This document shows, in pieces, positions 62,279 through 64,000 of a stretch of DNA of 64,000 nucleotides. The stretch comes from Magallana gigas (Eukaryota). A program made the translations under genes and the position numbers. Within the stretch, counting starts at the first letter, position 1; each line of letters begins with the position of its first letter. The stretch spans positions 14,322,001 to 14,386,000 of the forward strand of contig NC_088856.1 of the NCBI RefSeq assembly GCF_963853765.1, written 5' to 3'. A model generated the notes under the pieces. It was not told where the DNA came from. It saw only the letters and a list, made by a program, of their open reading frames with translations, and ran no database searches.

Positions 62279-64000
62279 GTATGTAGAATAGATATAAAGT
62301 GTATTTGTAATGTACCAGATAGCTTAATAACTATTTTATTGTGATTTTATACTGTTGATGCATTTCTGATCGACTTAATGTGTTGTTTTGTTCTAAACAC
62401 GAGGAGAGACTGCATTGTTTACATTTAGGCCTATACAATGTACATTGTACATGTAGCTTTATTGCCAGTCCGTTAAATTGTTGATCTTTTTCACCAATCG
62501 ACACGAATCAGTTCATAGTACTTGTACTGACAATATTTAGCTTTACACAGCTGTTGGGTTTTTTTTCCATTTGTAAGTAAACAATACAAAGACTGTGTGA
62601 AAACAGCTGATTTGATTTTCTGAAAATCAGTACAGTGCAGGCTAAAAGATGCTGATTTCATTTTCTGGAAATTGATGAACAGCTGATCAATAACAACTTT
62701 CTACTGTGTTCAAAATTCTTCCATGACAGTTCATTTATATTTTTTTTACACATTCATCCAGTTGATATAAGATGTTTATGCACATTAATTCTTAATTATT
62801 ACTATAGTTAGTTTTTATTACTCAGTATATTACTATCATAACACTGTTTGAAATATTGTCACCTGGGTTCATACTTATGATGCTGTACTATTGGTAATAA
62901 AAAAAACCAAATAATAATAAACAAATGACTGCATGTCTCCATCTGATTTTTTCAACATTCATGGTTATACATGTATATGGTATTGTTTGTGTAGAATGTG
63001 TATGTGTATAACTTTCAAATAAAATTTGAAGTGATGGTCATTTTACCCATCCATGCAAAATATATGTAGACCTTTCACAAAAATGTTCAAATTAATGTTG
63101 ACATGTCCTTATGTGCATGTAAATTAAATTGGATGACTTTCCATAATCATATTTTGTTATTTGCAGAGTAATTTGAAAAGTGTTACACTGATTTGAAAAA
63201 AAGGCTGGAAGAAAATGTAAGTAAATAACATACATGTTTAAGTTCAATAATTTATCATTGAAATAATGACCAATCTGATTATTCTATTAGACAATTCAAT
63301 TAGAAAAAGCATTTTCATGTACGAATGGTTTTAAAATGATTGATATAAACCTATGTTATTTATAAATCTACAATTTTGAATATTGCTCATCAACAAATCA
63401 ACAATACATGGTTTGATTTAATTCACACTGACTGCGCCAGCATTATATAATATCAATCTTGTATAAATCAGTTGTGTGTGTGTATGTTTGTGTGAGAGAG
63501 AGAGTGTGTGTGTGCATTTTTAAGGTCAGGTCGGGTAAAATAAAGGGGTGTAATTAAACTAATATCATGCACATATCAGGGGTGAGGATGCGAATAAATT
63601 CAAATCGATCAAACCGAAAAACTGTATTTGAATTTGTGCAAAATTAAATGCACATCTAAACATAATGAAATTTTTATTAAGATATTAAATAAATTCCATT
63701 GACTATCAAATTGTAGAAAATCCTCCATTTCAAGTCCTTCAGCCATTTTGATAACAAAGTTAAACTTACTGAAATATATATAATTTTCATTTTAGATGGT
63801 ACCTGCTTTGTCTTGAGATTTACATAAATGATGTTCTTATTGGTGATAATTTACCCGCACCCTTATCCTGGTGTCATATATACAAGATGAAATGATGAAA
63901 AGAAAAACCTGAACTTTAAGAACCTGAAGACTGCATGTGTTTTTGAAGAGAGAAGAGGAGCAGAACTAAGAAGTCATACAATAAACACATTGACATCATA

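Overview
Eukaryotic, AT-rich, intron-containing genomic DNA. The repeat families suggest a bivalve, probably an oyster; this is inference. The main content is a tandem cluster of four paralogous genes, reconstructed by hand from splice sites and intron phases, for an apparently uncharacterised type-I membrane receptor: signal peptide, 10-cysteine ectodomain, N-glycan-rich stalk, one TM helix, modular linker and about 10 cytoplasmic ankyrin repeats in a single exon. Copy A (172-1794, +) is 5'-partial. Copy B (11424-17118, +) is a frameshifted pseudogene. Copy C (32056-21736, -) is complete at about 675 aa. Copy D (46433-56413, +) is complete at about 671-698 aa, and an internal duplication gives it candidate ankyrin-less decoy isoforms. 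The 3' part of an SHQ1 gene lies at 58043-62067 (-); one of its exons, with its splice donor, is amplified as a 75-bp VNTR whose later units carry stop codons. Intergenic DNA is dense in TE remnants, including a multi-level nested stack between C and D (TTAA-MITE > unclassified element > BEL/Pao > Helentron-like satellite elements). All family assignments come from motif recognition; no database search was run.
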